Shown here: positions 12,149 to 24,639 of the stretch, piece after piece
Numbering within the stretch: position 1 is the first letter of the stretch
How the letters are laid out: each line of letters starts with the position of its first letter
Source of the DNA: Chlorokybus atmophyticus
Lineage: Eukaryota > Plantae > Mesostigma and Chlorokybus algae
DNA: 64,000 bases
Assembly: GCA_009103225.1 (NCBI GenBank)
Contig: RHPI01003156.1
Span: 350,537-414,536, forward strand
Reading direction: 5' to 3'
Notes under the pieces: generated by a model
What the model saw: only the letters and a program-made list of their open reading frames with translations
The model's database searches: none
What the model was told of the DNA's origin: nothing
Program-made: the position numbers and the translations under genes

Positions 12149-13759
12149 GGGGGGGGGGTATACAGGCAAGCATCTATGTCCATGATGATTTTCCCATACT
12201 AACTTTGAAGTGAAGCTGAGTGAGGCTAGTCTTGTACTGTAGAAAGACCTCGCTGACAGCATGAGTACTTTTGTGTTGAGATCAAATGGTTATGCATTAC
12301 AATTCGATATACAACAACCATTCAACATAGTTATGATTATTTATCTTATAATTCTTATGTATTATATGTTCTTTTGCCACAATAGCTTTTAATAACGTGA
12401 TTAAAGATTTTGAGCAAAAACCTTCGTATATATCATTATCTTTTAACCAGTTAAAACAACGGTATCATCTGAAGCTTCAAGAGAATACCCCTGTTAATGT
12501 GATAAATTGCTGAAAAATAAATGTTACGCTTCTTTTTGCGTGTTGCTTTATTTACTTACTGGTCGGCTTGACAAATCAATACACAAGCATCATGCACTTA
12601 TAATACATAATAGAAGGAAGTCGCACCAGCCTGGCTGAGCTGCAGCGGTGTAGCACCTTGCACCTTGCTTCTAGTTTTGGAAAGGAATGCACAACACCAC
12701 ATCTAGGATAGAGAGGATGACCACTAGCCCCTCCATTACATCTCCCAAGAAGGAGGGGAAGATCACCAGCCCCGTCACCGAGCTTCAAGCCCTGAGTCAA
12801 GGCCCCTAACATCCACCCACACGCACACATACAACCCATGGTGCAGCTGCACAAGCATCACTCCACACCTCACACGTGATTGGGGAAGGGCCCATGCGAC
12901 CACCAAAGCTAGGCACCGAACACACAGAAGTAGAGTTTCCCTATAGATGTGGTGGCAAACACACGTTGGCCCACCGTTCTCTGCTCTGCCCTGCCCTCCA
13001 ACCTAGCACAGCAAATCGTAAGGCCCCATGCCTTCCACTACTACGTCAACCGACAGAAAGTTAAAGCAACCTTATTTTTTGCCTTGATATCATCTGCATA
13101 TATACCATCTCCCATGTGATAAGTCATATCGATGTGACATGAAAAGACCATGTCACATCAGTGCTAGCTCACTCATGCCTTGCGTAGTGTATTATACTCA
13201 AGGCTGCATCGTTCATCTTGAGCCACGCTCAAGTAGACCGCATGAGCACACACAACAAGTATGTACACATGTTTATGATCATCTTTGTGAAGCGAAATCC
13301 TCATTTGATCTTTCTTACTACATATATAAAGGACAAATGTTGACTTTGGCCAGCCTTATACGTGAGATAGTAACCGCAACTTATATAAGGGAAGAAGATT
13401 GCAGATCAATACGGTGCATTAAGGTTTGTTTGGACCCGCATCGAAATCATAGCGGCAAGTTGCTAGGGTTCGTCGCCGCTGCTTGAGCACTTCATTTCTT
13501 TCATGACAAATGGCATGACATGACAAATGCAATACATGGTTTGGAGCACTAAGGTACATGCGAGGTGGAAGGGGAGGGGGAGGGGGGGTAATCACGAGTG
13601 GTAAGGTCATATTGATAAAACAAACATTACCAATATAAGACAAACGCATCCATGTCTGATGTTGCCCTCAAGCATGCGCTTATCGCGCCACGTTGAGTAA
13701 TAATTCGTAAAAATGTGACGCCTCTCCTCATGGTAGCGACTTTTCAAGCAGTGTAACTA

Positions 13760-13813
13760 TGGCCAAATTGGTTGTCACGTTGGTATTAAAGCTTGGGACA
13801 TGGGTTCAAACCC
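13760..13813 (+). repeat. tRNA-derived Pol III promoter-like segment (SINE-head-like), copy 1
   Basis: A-box-like TGGCCAAATTGG (13760) and B-box GGTTCAAACCC (13803) at tRNA-like spacing; aligns with the copy at 46519; no convincing acceptor stem. Confidence 0.45.
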
Positions 13814-16617
13814 CGTACCGGCGAGGTCGACTGTGTTTTATGCGATAATAATTGAAGGTTCAACGCGCGGGTCGCTCGCGCGCGGCTTCGCGCTGAGTCG
13901 CGGCCATAGTAGCTTGCCGGTACGGCAGCTTGCGGCTGTATAAAGACGCGGACAAGTAGGCGCGGGTCAAAAACCGGAGGAATGTCACGTCGCGCTTAAT
14001 AACAAATTCCAAAAGTGTAACGCCTCTCCTCTAAGACTATGAGTGATGGTAGCGACTTTTGCTACCATGGCTGAGATAATTATTACACCGCTAAACTTGG
14101 TAGCTACACAACTGTAATCCTACAAGTGATATGCGCTATTGTGATGACATATATTGCATGACAATACGGTTGGTAACATCTTTTAATAAACACTTTTGTA
14201 AATTTCTTTGATATCAAGAAAAATCACATGTTAACATGCAAAGATTAATTATAATTATGATGCATGCAACCGTAACGCTTTTTAATTTCTTAGCACCCGA
14301 GGGCTTACAAGCATGAAGTCTGCATCATTACGCTAAACAAAAAGCCTGGCCAGCACTTGGCATAGTGTCTATCAGGGTCTACCATGGTCTACTTATGAGC
14401 TGGCATAGTCTGGCCGGATTAGATCAGACTCTCAATCTCGTCATGTTTTATTTATCTATCGGTTTGGTCGTACCTAGCACACTCCGTACACGACATATGG
14501 ATTGAACCTAAAACATGTTGGCGATGCCAGTCAATTTCGAGGTTAGCTAATATATCTATTGGGCATCTGTAACTACCGCTAGATACTGCTAGATAAGGAT
14601 CGAACGGCGTAACCATCAGCGTGATGCTAGAGTATCCAAAGTATTTAGCGCTTGTCCATTCGTGGCCTGATAGTAAATTAAATTTGCATGGATTTATGTA
14701 TGTGAATACATGAGATCACGTAATGTGTTAGCTTTGTTTGGTATAATGCCGCCGCCTCAAGTAAGCATATTTGACAGTTGGCCAAGGTAGTTGGCGGTGG
14801 CAACGGCGACGGCGGCGGCGGTGGCGGCGGCGGGCGTTTCCCCTCACATCTTGTGGTTCTAAGCCGCTGGTACTACTATCACCGACATTGTGGGCAGCAA
14901 CGGGGCGGGGGTGGGGCTGCTGCAGCTAATGAGCGACAGCTGTTCTTCTCAGTCTCCCCGCCCTGGTGATTGTCATTCCGTCGCCGCTATCAACCGCTAC
15001 TTCGTCGCAAATCTTTTATAGTAACTGAATATGGACTGAAAGATTGTCGCGTGCCTGCCCGTATCCAACCTGCCTGACCCTAACTGACCCTAACGGACCC
15101 TAACAACTTGGGCCATAAAGGGACTAACTGAACTATCGGTGTATATTGTGAACAAGTAGTGATGGTCGACCGACTGTCGTACTCAAAAGTTGACTATTCA
15201 TTGTCGGTAATAACCTATGCGCACCATGTGATGACGGTCGAACGCCGGTAATACAGGACCCTCAGCGGCGACCCGCCTGTGATAGCCACTAGGTGACCTT
15301 TCAGTCCACTATTGGTGGATTGAGAGGTGTCCGTCCGTTCAGTAAATGGCGACGCATGATGCCGGTGAGTCGGGCTGTTACCACAGCCGGCCATCGGTCG
15401 CAAAAAACTTGCGACGGCGACTTATCTGAGTTGGCAAGCAAGTGACCTCTTGGTTCCAATTAGAAGACGAGCTATAGCGGCAAATTGAGACGGTACTTTC
15501 AGTCGGCGTGTATTGCGCGGGTACTGATAATTGAGTCGCATCAAATAATGAAACCTCGTACTATTTGTAATGGTATGATAGGCCTATTATGGAGCGATGG
15601 CATTATCGTACCATATTAATTTAAACGATAGATCTATGGTACCCCGTTAAAGGTAAGGTACTGCCATCAAAGGCGTTGAGCTTTCCAAAAGCTGCTGCGT
15701 AAGCAGCAGCGGTAGCGGCAGCGGCGGCGGCAATGGTACAGTGGGTGAGTTTGTTCATGTGTGTGTAGTATGCTTTTGTCATGTTGTGTTTAGCGCAACC
15801 GTTGCGCTCAACACAACTTGGACTGCGCTGCAGCTCCAATCACTCTTCTTGCCGACGAGACCAGTGTAACATTGGCGCCTTAATCACGAGCTACGGCAGC
15901 AAGTGTCGCTGCCATAGGTGGAGCCACATGCCATTGAATCGTGTCCCATACCATGGTATGATGTTCCTCCCAACTCATTACTGGTGGGGATCGTCGCGCA
16001 TGAACTAAACACGGCAACTTACCTACGTCACCAATCGAGCTCGCCGCGACCTACCCACGACCGGCAAGTTACAGGCCTAACCTTCGTCCACGTCCCCATG
16101 GGACCAGACCCTCGTTATTGCGCGCCGACAGCTAATCATTCGGCAAGCCTGCGACCGCTCAGATGATTATAGGTTCATGAGCACCACCGCTTCAACGGGT
16201 GCAACCCTGCGCGGTGCTTATACTCATCAATTTGCTAATGCTTAAGTAAAAAAAAGATTGTGCCAGGACAACAGTGTTACGGCAACTAGTATATTATTCC
16301 CCACGATATTCAAACCTGTGCCGCTCAACTCCGTTACCGCTGTAACATCGGCGCCTTAACCACTAGGCTACGGCAGCAATTTTTATCGCCGCAGCCTAAT
16401 GGTCAAGGCCGATGTTACAGCCAGGCTAGGCCAGGCCAGCCAACGCACGGCGGCGGCGGCACATGAGTGAGTGCTGCTTAATTGTGATATGTTTGTGAAC
16501 ATGTTGTTGATGCTAGAGTATGCCAGCCAGGCTGAACCCTTGTTTGCCTTGCATTCCGGGAGCAGCGGCGCAAGAGCGGAGGAACGGGGGAGCGGCGGCT
16601 TATATATTATAAGGGGG

Positions 16618-16645
16618 GTAGTAGTAGTAGTAGTAGTAGTAGTAG
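16618..16645. repeat. (GTA)n microsatellite
   Basis: About 9 GTA units read directly. Confidence 0.95.
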
Positions 16646-17865
16646 CTTAATGCAGTGTATAATGTAGCATAGCAAGAATGTGACTTGTCAGCAGCGTGTG
16701 TGTAATAATACTGTTTATTCTGCAGTTATCATTTAAATTGCAGCTGTGCTTTGTAATTCGTCGTCTCTCACAACAAATCCCATTAACATGCAATACCTAC
16801 TCAGGCACATAATCATGATTGAACGGTACCGGTAAGTACCTTCGACAATAATGTCAATTACTTTGAAGGTACAATAAAGTACCTCAAAGGTACCTGGTAG
16901 TTGGGTACCTTTTAAGCAAAGTCGCCGGTGCCTAGCTGTTGGGTATTTGTTAATTAGGTTGAGTCCCTTTTACTTGACAGATGGGTACCTGTAAGGTACC
17001 CATCAGTTAGGGTGAGTCCTGTTATGCAGACGGCCGTTACACTCGGGCCTTTATATTAGGATGGCAGGTGAACTGAGCTACGACAATTTTGATAAGTATC
17101 TTCAGATGCATGGCTGTTGCCAATATTTACTCGGCTAGCAAAGGAAACATTTGACGACAGTTGAGGCAGCAGAGGGTGTGTTTCCTTAATGTGGTGAAAG
17201 GGTTTTGCAGCCTTGCCTGTTGTACTATGTCTTTAATCTCGTTTTCTTCAACCCGGTTCAACCCATGCGGCATGCAGAGCGAGGAGTTAGGGCCCGACTT
17301 CTCCCTCTGCCTCCCTCCGCCCTCCCTCCCCCACGACTCACACCCTTACTCCTACCTATGCGCCTATGCCTCCCCCTGCCGCCTGTAACACATCTTGTTT
17401 GCACCCATCATTTTCGGCTGACACGCTGTTTGCCACCTCCGTGCCACCTCATCAGATTATCCAGGGAATGCCACCTGCAAAAAACTCCCATGCAACCTGT
17501 AAGTCTTTCTGTCACTGTCTGTGCGTGTATGTGGTTCGATGGTTGTTGTGTGCGTGTATCTGTGTATACTTGCTAACTGCATGCGTGCATCTGTCTCTCC
17601 TCTTAATTTGTGTGCATCAGCTTGTGGGTAAACAATGCATACACGCACAGCACACTACATGTCATGTTTTGCATGGACTCCACTATGTCCGCCCCACACG
17701 CTAATTGCCAATCCCGTGCCTATTCACCCCATCAGCATCGATATTAATGTCACTCTAATGCAATCGCCTTGCAACCTGTAAGTCTGTGTCCCTCTCTCTC
17801 AATTTGCGCTGGTGTGGTTGGAAGGTTGTTTGTGCGTGGGCGTGTCTGATTGTATGTGCTACATG

Positions 17866-18044
<179 letters not shown>

Positions 18045-18584
18045 NCACGCACAACACAAACACAATACCTTCTTGTGGTGCATTGACGCCACCATGGCCA
18101 GCAGACATCATGTTCGCCAACTCCTCCGCCTCTCCCCATTAGCAATAATCTTGATGCTAGCTTCCAGGTTTTTGCCTTGCTGCAACATGTAAGTCTCTCT
18201 CTCTCTGTCTCTCACTTTCTCTCTTCCTCTCCCTATTATTGCGTGTGACTCATTTTCGATATTATGTGCAGCTTGGTGTGGTGGGTGAAGCTGGCGGCAC
18301 CTTAGTACGACTACGTTTACCTATAGTTGAGTCGTACAACCTGACCATAAGCTAGACAGCAGTAGATTACGTACGTCCCTGCAAAATTTGTCTTACTAGG
18401 TACTGAAAATGTGTCTATAATTTGTTACTATGTCGATTACCTCTATGTTAAACTAGCTAACTCTAGTCTATGCCTATTCTTGCTTGTGTAGACTCTAGAT
18501 GTTGCCGCTAGTGGGTTTTCTAGTGCACTCTGGCTTTTACTTAGAGCCCTACTCGGTTTGCACAATAGGCTCGATAGCGGGTAG

Positions 18585-19288
18585 GTGTTCTCGTAGGTAC
18601 CCCGCGTAGCTGATACGTTGGAGTTCTGACCCTACACCTGCGGTCTCACAATAAATATGTTGGAAGTCGCGACCATCCAGCCTCGCGGTCCAGCCAAGAT
18701 TTTGAAACCATTACTTAAAAGGTCCCTCGACCCTATCTGATCCGTTGTGTTTCCACCACGCTGCTCGTGGACGGACTCGCTTTTTGCCCGAGTAGATTAA
18801 ATAGTTCAGTATTGAACAGCTAACAAATAGCCGTGATTAGACCGGTTAAGCTTGCTCGACAAATGGCTCACATGTTTTCATGTGATAGGATAACTGGACA
18901 GACTGTTTACTTGTATACTTGGTGAAAATGTGAGTGAGTATAAGCGCATAGCCTTGAGAAAGTGTAATAGCAGCTCATGTTGTAGAGCCTGAAGTTTGCT
19001 ATTGCATGCTGCGAGTGTTGTGTTGAATGAGACTTGGGATACAACGAGTTGCAAAGGGGTGCAATTGCACACATCAAGCCGTCACAGTTGCCAAAAAGCC
19101 TTTATACCTTTAGATAGTGCAGCGTCTGCAGCGTGTGCACTGTTTCACACTTGCGTAAGATTGGTTGCATTGTGGGCACGGTGTGAATAGTTACCATCCG
19201 AGTATGGCATCACTTTGTTGCCACATCCATTCACGTCTCGTAACAATTGATATACCCATGTTCACTCACGCAAGAATCCGTAGTTACA
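18585..19288 (+). mobile_element. LTR segment homologous to the 3' two-thirds of the gypsy LTR at 48854-49906
   Basis: Colinear similarity, e.g. GTTCTCGTAGGTA, CCCTACACCTGC, ATATGTTGGAAGTCGCG, CCACCACGCTGC..GTGGACGGACTC and AGTTACCATCCG; both copies end in TAGTTACA. Confidence 0.8.
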
Positions 19289-19869
19289 GATCTACGTCTA
19301 ATAGTGGCTTGTTGACTTATAGCTTCACCCACCTTTGCTCCAGTGAGTGCGTGTGCACCAATGCTGCTTGCATCATTGCAGTAGTGATTGCGTTTTCGCA
19401 CTGGGTGGTAGCATCATTTGCTTGCACATAGCGCACCATTGGTCGATAATGCGTGTGGTGATGTGCGAGTGGTTTATCAATGAAGCACACACACTCTAGG
19501 CCGCATACAGTCTCATCGCATTAACATGAGTGAGAACCCAATCTTCAGGAGCTCGCATGCTCGCATCTACGGTGGCCATGTTTTTAGGGAACTATCTGAG
19601 GAGAGTCCCAGCGACCTCGTCGGCTGAACACCATCCTCATCCTTATCATACCAAAGGCAGTCGAGCTACGGATCCCCTCTATCATGAGCTCACAGTTCCC
19701 GTCAGTCCACTCCTCGTCATCGTTTTCACGCCCACAACAATGTTGACGACATTGACCACATGAAGTCCTTTGGCAACACGCACGCGCTATCATAGGATAC
19801 TTCTCTAACCGTCTTGTCACCACCCCTCTGGATGACTTCAATGTCAAATTTGACTCCAAGCTGTGCTAT

Positions 19870-22800
19870 TAGGCATCCAAGCCCGGTCATTGCCTTCTAC
19901 ACACGAGACAAACACAAGAAAACAATCAACTATAAAGACAAGAACAAGGTGAAAGGCAGCAATGTAAAGTTCAAGAATCTCATGCCACTATTATGGTATC
20001 AAAGGACACATTATAAGGGATTGTCGCAAGCGCCAACGAGAGCTTTGTGAAGCAGACACCAGTGGCAGCGCTTAACGCAAATGGTGTTGCATTTACTGCC
20101 TTAAGAAAGTTTGACACTATATAAGATATAGACTTAGGCTGTGATCGGCATCTCACCGCATAAGGAGGTGGTGGAGAGTTACATGAAGCTCTCAGCTACA
20201 AGGAAGGTGGAAGGCTTCAGTGGTCACGACCTTCAAGCAATAGGTCTTGGTGAAGTAAGGGTTACATGCAAGGTTGGCAATGGTGAGAGAGAGGTGGTAC
20301 TGCGTGAAATGTTGCACGTACCTCAGGTCTCCAGGCTGGAGCTGCCGCAAGCTTGTTCTCCGTGAGAGTTGCTGAGCGCCTGGGAGTAAACATAGAGCGC
20401 TGGATGGGACGGTGCTCCGTACGCATGAATGGGGTCGATATGGTCGGCACCCAGCGAGAAGGGCTCTATATTGTGGAGCAAACTCATGGCAGCAAGGCTA
20501 GAGAGATGGTGAAAAAGAGGAAGATGGCCGAGCTTTGGCATCGAAAGTTTGGGCATTTGGGCTACAGCAACCTCGCACGCCTGGTTGCTGAAGACATGGT
20601 GAAAGGCATCGACGTGAGCACGGAGGACCTTTAAGCGTCTTCAAGTGCGCTATGTGAGCCTTGTGAATTAGCCAAGCAGCATCGCATGCCGTCCCCATTA
20701 TCTACTTCAAGTAGCAAGCATCCTGGCAAGCTTGTGCTTATGAACATTCGCGGGCCTATATGCAGCGTGGCAAAAGGAGGGGTAAAGTACTTTGCGACTG
20801 TCCTTGACGACTATAGCAAGCTTTCCATCGTCTTCCCTTTAACGCAAAAGTCCGAAGTCGCTGGAGCTGTGCGTACAGTACATTGCTTTGCTTGAGACTT
20901 AATGGGGCAAGAAGATGAAAGCAATGAAAAGTGATCGAGAAGGGGAGTACATCAACGCCCAGCTCAAAGCTTTCTTAAGAGTTCTTCGCCATTAAAGGCA
21001 TACGGCATGAGACAGCAGCACCATACACTCCGCAGTAGAATGAAGCAGCTAAACGTTTGAACTAAACATTATTGGAGCGTGTTTTAGCCGTGCTTAATGA
21101 CATCAAGTTGGAGGACAATCTGTGGAAAGAGGCTGTTCTCATTGCCAATGACATTTGCAACCGTTCATCAGTGAACTTTGAGCAAAACACTTCGTGGGAG
21201 CGCTTTTACAGTAAAGCGCCTGATCTGTGTCATGCCAGTGAAGGACTTGAGCTTGGTTGTCTTATGATATGACTACATGCAGAGAAATAACAGACTATGG
21301 GCTAGTTGTAGGCATGCTGTAGTTAGATATGCTTGTAGAAGCATATGTAGATAATAATGTCTGTTGGGTTTTGTGATGGGAAGGTAGATGAGGATGTTAT
21401 TGAGTGAGGGAAAGTGCATTTAACGAGTTTCAGCAAGTGTAACCGGATATCAGCTTAACCCAGATCTAGTGGATGTAATCGGGGCTATTCCAGGAGCTGT
21501 AAGTGGACAAGGACTGGTGGAAGGAGTGGGCATCCATGTGGTAGTCAAGAGCTGGTAATGGAGACAGTCTACTCATCATTGGAGGCGTGGAGTGGAGCTG
21601 AAGCTGGAGGAGAGCAAGTCCAAGTAGATTCGACCATGGTCTAGTGCATACCTAGTTGGTTGTGTGCTAGATTTAAACATGCGAGTTATGTTGTTGACTT
21701 CCAAGTAGTGTGACTAAACAGATGTAGCTATCTAGTCAGCAAGTTACCATATCATACCAAGTTACAAGTGCCATACAAGTGCCATCACACTAGTGCAATA
21801 TATTTTTGTGTGTTGTATGCGATTGGTGCCTTAGCTGAGACTATTGTTGTGTGAGCATGTGGCACTGGCGCATATCATCGTGCCCTGCTCAGCAAGTACA
21901 TCTACAAGGAGGAGGTTATCATCATCACCCTCGTGTAGACTGTTTACTATACATGTAGCTAGACATGCTAGTGTATAAGTAACAAGAGCATACATTGCAT
22001 GAAGTTTTAATGTTGTGAATGGGTAGCAGCATGGTGGACATGTGCTAGTGGATGCATCGAAGTAACATGGTTGTCGAGGAGACGTGGCGCGACATATGAG
22101 TGGCATGCGTGTGTTTGGATGTGTGGCATATGCACTTGTGCCAAGCCAATTGCGACACAAGTCGGAGCCGGTCAGTAAGAAGGGCATCTTTGTTGGCTAC
22201 GAGTCAGGCTTAAAGGCGTACAAGGTCCTAACGGAGGACACGCGCAAGATTGTGGTGAGTAAAGAAGTCATGTTTCACAAAGGTTCATCACAAGCTCGAG
22301 TTAAAAGAAGAAGGTTTTTACCCACGAGACGAAGATGACAAAGCACAGCCTGAAGAGTTTTCAAGCAAAAAAGAGGATGAAGGCGAGACAGTCATCAACA
22401 AGGAGCAGGGCCAGCTGCAGCAGGTCTGAAGCAGAAGCCGCAGGAGCAAGCTCGACGCTACCCAGTGAGGGAGAGATAAGCACCTGACTTCTTCAAAGCA
22501 CACGTCGCCAGTGTGCACAAAGAAGAGAGTGAAGAACCAAGCACCTATGAGGAGGCATTGCGAGTGCCAGTTGTAGAGCGATGGCATCAAGCTATGGACG
22601 ATGAGGTTGCATCTCTCCATGCAAACAACACTTGGGTGTTAGAAAAGCCCCTGCAAGGTGTGAAGCCCATTCCGGTCAAGTGGGTGTTCAAGATGAAGCG
22701 TGATGGTCAAGGCAACATTGAGCGCTACAAGGCAAGGTTGGTGGCAAAGGGATTCTTACACCACGAAGGTGTGGACTTCAATGAAGTATTTGCACCCGCA

Positions 22801-24425
22801 AGCAAGCACGGAACCTTCCGCACGTTGCTCGCCATGGTTGCTGCTGAAGACCTCGAATGTCATCACCTTGATGTGAATACTGCTTTCCTTTACGGAGAGT
22901 TGGAGAAAGAGATCTACACTCAGCAACCACCAGGCTACGCAGAAGGGGAGCCAGGCATGGCTTGCAAGTTAACCAAAGCTTTGCGGGGGCTGCGACAAGC
23001 ACCATGTGTATGACACATTCGCCTCACAAATGAGTTGGAGAAACTCGGTTACAAAGCATCCTCTGCGGATCCGGGACTCATCATTTATAAAGAGAAAAAG
23101 GTGTACTTGTTCGTGTATGTGAACGACATTAATTGTTGTCACGGCCAAGCAAGTTGAAGACCTAGAGGAGACAAAGCACGGATTGCAGCAAGCATTCAAA
23201 GTGCGCGATCTTGGAGAGGTCAAGTTATTTCTTGGCATGGTGATAGAGCGTGATAAAATAGCACGCACAATCAAGATCAGCCAAGAGTAAATGGTGAAGC
23301 GACTTGTCACCAAGGTGTGGCTCAGCGAAGCAAATACCAAGTCTACTCCCTTGGCACTCAGCACCCACCTCGTTACAGCAAAGGATGAGGAGATACTCGA
23401 CAAGGCTCAATACCCACATAGTGAGCTTGTTGAGAGCATGCTCTACCTCGTTGTATGCACAAGACCCGACATTGCACATGCGGTTAAAGTGCTTGCGCGT
23501 TGCATGTCTGCACCCAAGCAAAAAGATGCAGGGCTACTGCGACGAAGTCTTTGCAGGCGACCTCGACAGCAGGAGGTTCACTACGGCTTACGTCTTAAAG
23601 TTGAGTAGTAGAGGAGTGGTGAGCTGCAACAATAGGCTGCAACCTACAACAGCTGCATCCACTTCGAAAGCGGAGTGCATGGCAGCATCGGCTGCAGTGA
23701 AGGAGGCATTGTGGCTTCGCAAGCCAATGGCAAATCGAAAGAACCCGACGGTGTGTATGACGATTAATTGCAATAAGCAAGGCGCCATTCAGTTGCTGAA
23801 GCACCCCATTGCCTCGACAAGGACAAAGCACATTAATGTCATGCATCACTTTGTGCGAGATCGAGTCACACGCACGGAGGTTGAGTTCTGGTATTGCAAT
23901 ACTGAAACATGCTTGCGGACTTCATGACGAAGCCAATATCGCCACTGAAGTTCAAGGCTTGTTGCACAAGACTCGACATATGTGCTTAGGTGAAAGAAGA
24001 CCAAGTGTTGAAGGCCAAGCTGCCCGCGTGACAGTGTTGAAGATATTCCTACATCCGGGCACCCTGCCCCACATAAAAGAGAAGGACCTCGATGAGAGGA
24101 CCTCGAAAACTCCGGACATGAAGGTCCTAGCGCGGATTGCTGAGAAGAGTCCTCAAAAAATCGTCATATCTCCTATGATACTTAGTCGCATAGGACGTGG
24201 CATAGCTTGTTACAAAGCCTATTACATTAGCTACGAGGCACATCGCAACGTAGGATATAGGTCAGTTTATCGGACGCTGTCGCATGTAGACCAGCATTGT
24301 GTACGAACTGTGTAATGACTAGCGAGTGTATAACCCTGCGGTCTGTTGATAATAAACGGGAAGTGTGTTGCCTTTTCCTGTGTGCCATTGCTTGCCCTCT
24401 TGACTTGCATGCTTGCTTCTCAACA
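19870..24425 (+). mobile_element. Ty1/copia retrotransposon C, 5'-truncated and degraded, with 3' LTR at 24035-24425
   Basis: Zn knuckle CHYYGIKGHIIRDC (~19985); ELWHRKFGHLGY; VLDDYSK; KSDREGEY; RVFGCVAY; RT WVFKMK...YKARLVAKGF and HLDVNTAFLYG; RNase H RTKHINVMHHFVR; LTR TGTTGA...TCAACA after CCAAGCTGCCCGCG. Confidence 0.93.
21228..22094. mobile_element. Solo LTR (867 bp) inserted in the copia C integrase
   Basis: Ends TGTCATGCCA...TGGCGCGACA form an imperfect inverted repeat; flanks TCTG/TATG; removal restores in-frame KAPDLSGMRVFGC. Confidence 0.75.
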
Positions 24426-24639
24426 CGATCTGTGGGGACAAAATCGAGAGGCGCCTCAGCCCTATCCATACTCTCCACTTGGCCAGAAGCCGCCCCCTCT
24501 GAGCCTAGTAGACATGGACATTACCACAAGGTGGTTGGCTGAGTCCTCGCTGCACACGCAATCTGAGCTAAAAACGCCGCAACATTCGGACTTTATGCTA
24601 CATTTCACCGCGCTGGTCCACGTCCACAGCTGACAAGTG

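Noticed and set aside
11889-12262. ORF-track entries spanning the N gap
   Set aside because: Artefacts of translating N; the flanking poly-G probably caused sequencing dropout.
13760-13830. Functional tRNA gene (also at 46510-46590)
   Set aside because: A and B boxes present but no acceptor or anticodon stems.
15075-15104. CCCTAAC repeats as an interstitial telomere
   Set aside because: The unit is 10 bp (TGACCCTAAC), present only three times, and is not a canonical telomeric array.
23809-24315. 168-aa ORF
   Set aside because: Runs from the copia RNase H end through the LTR; not an independent gene.
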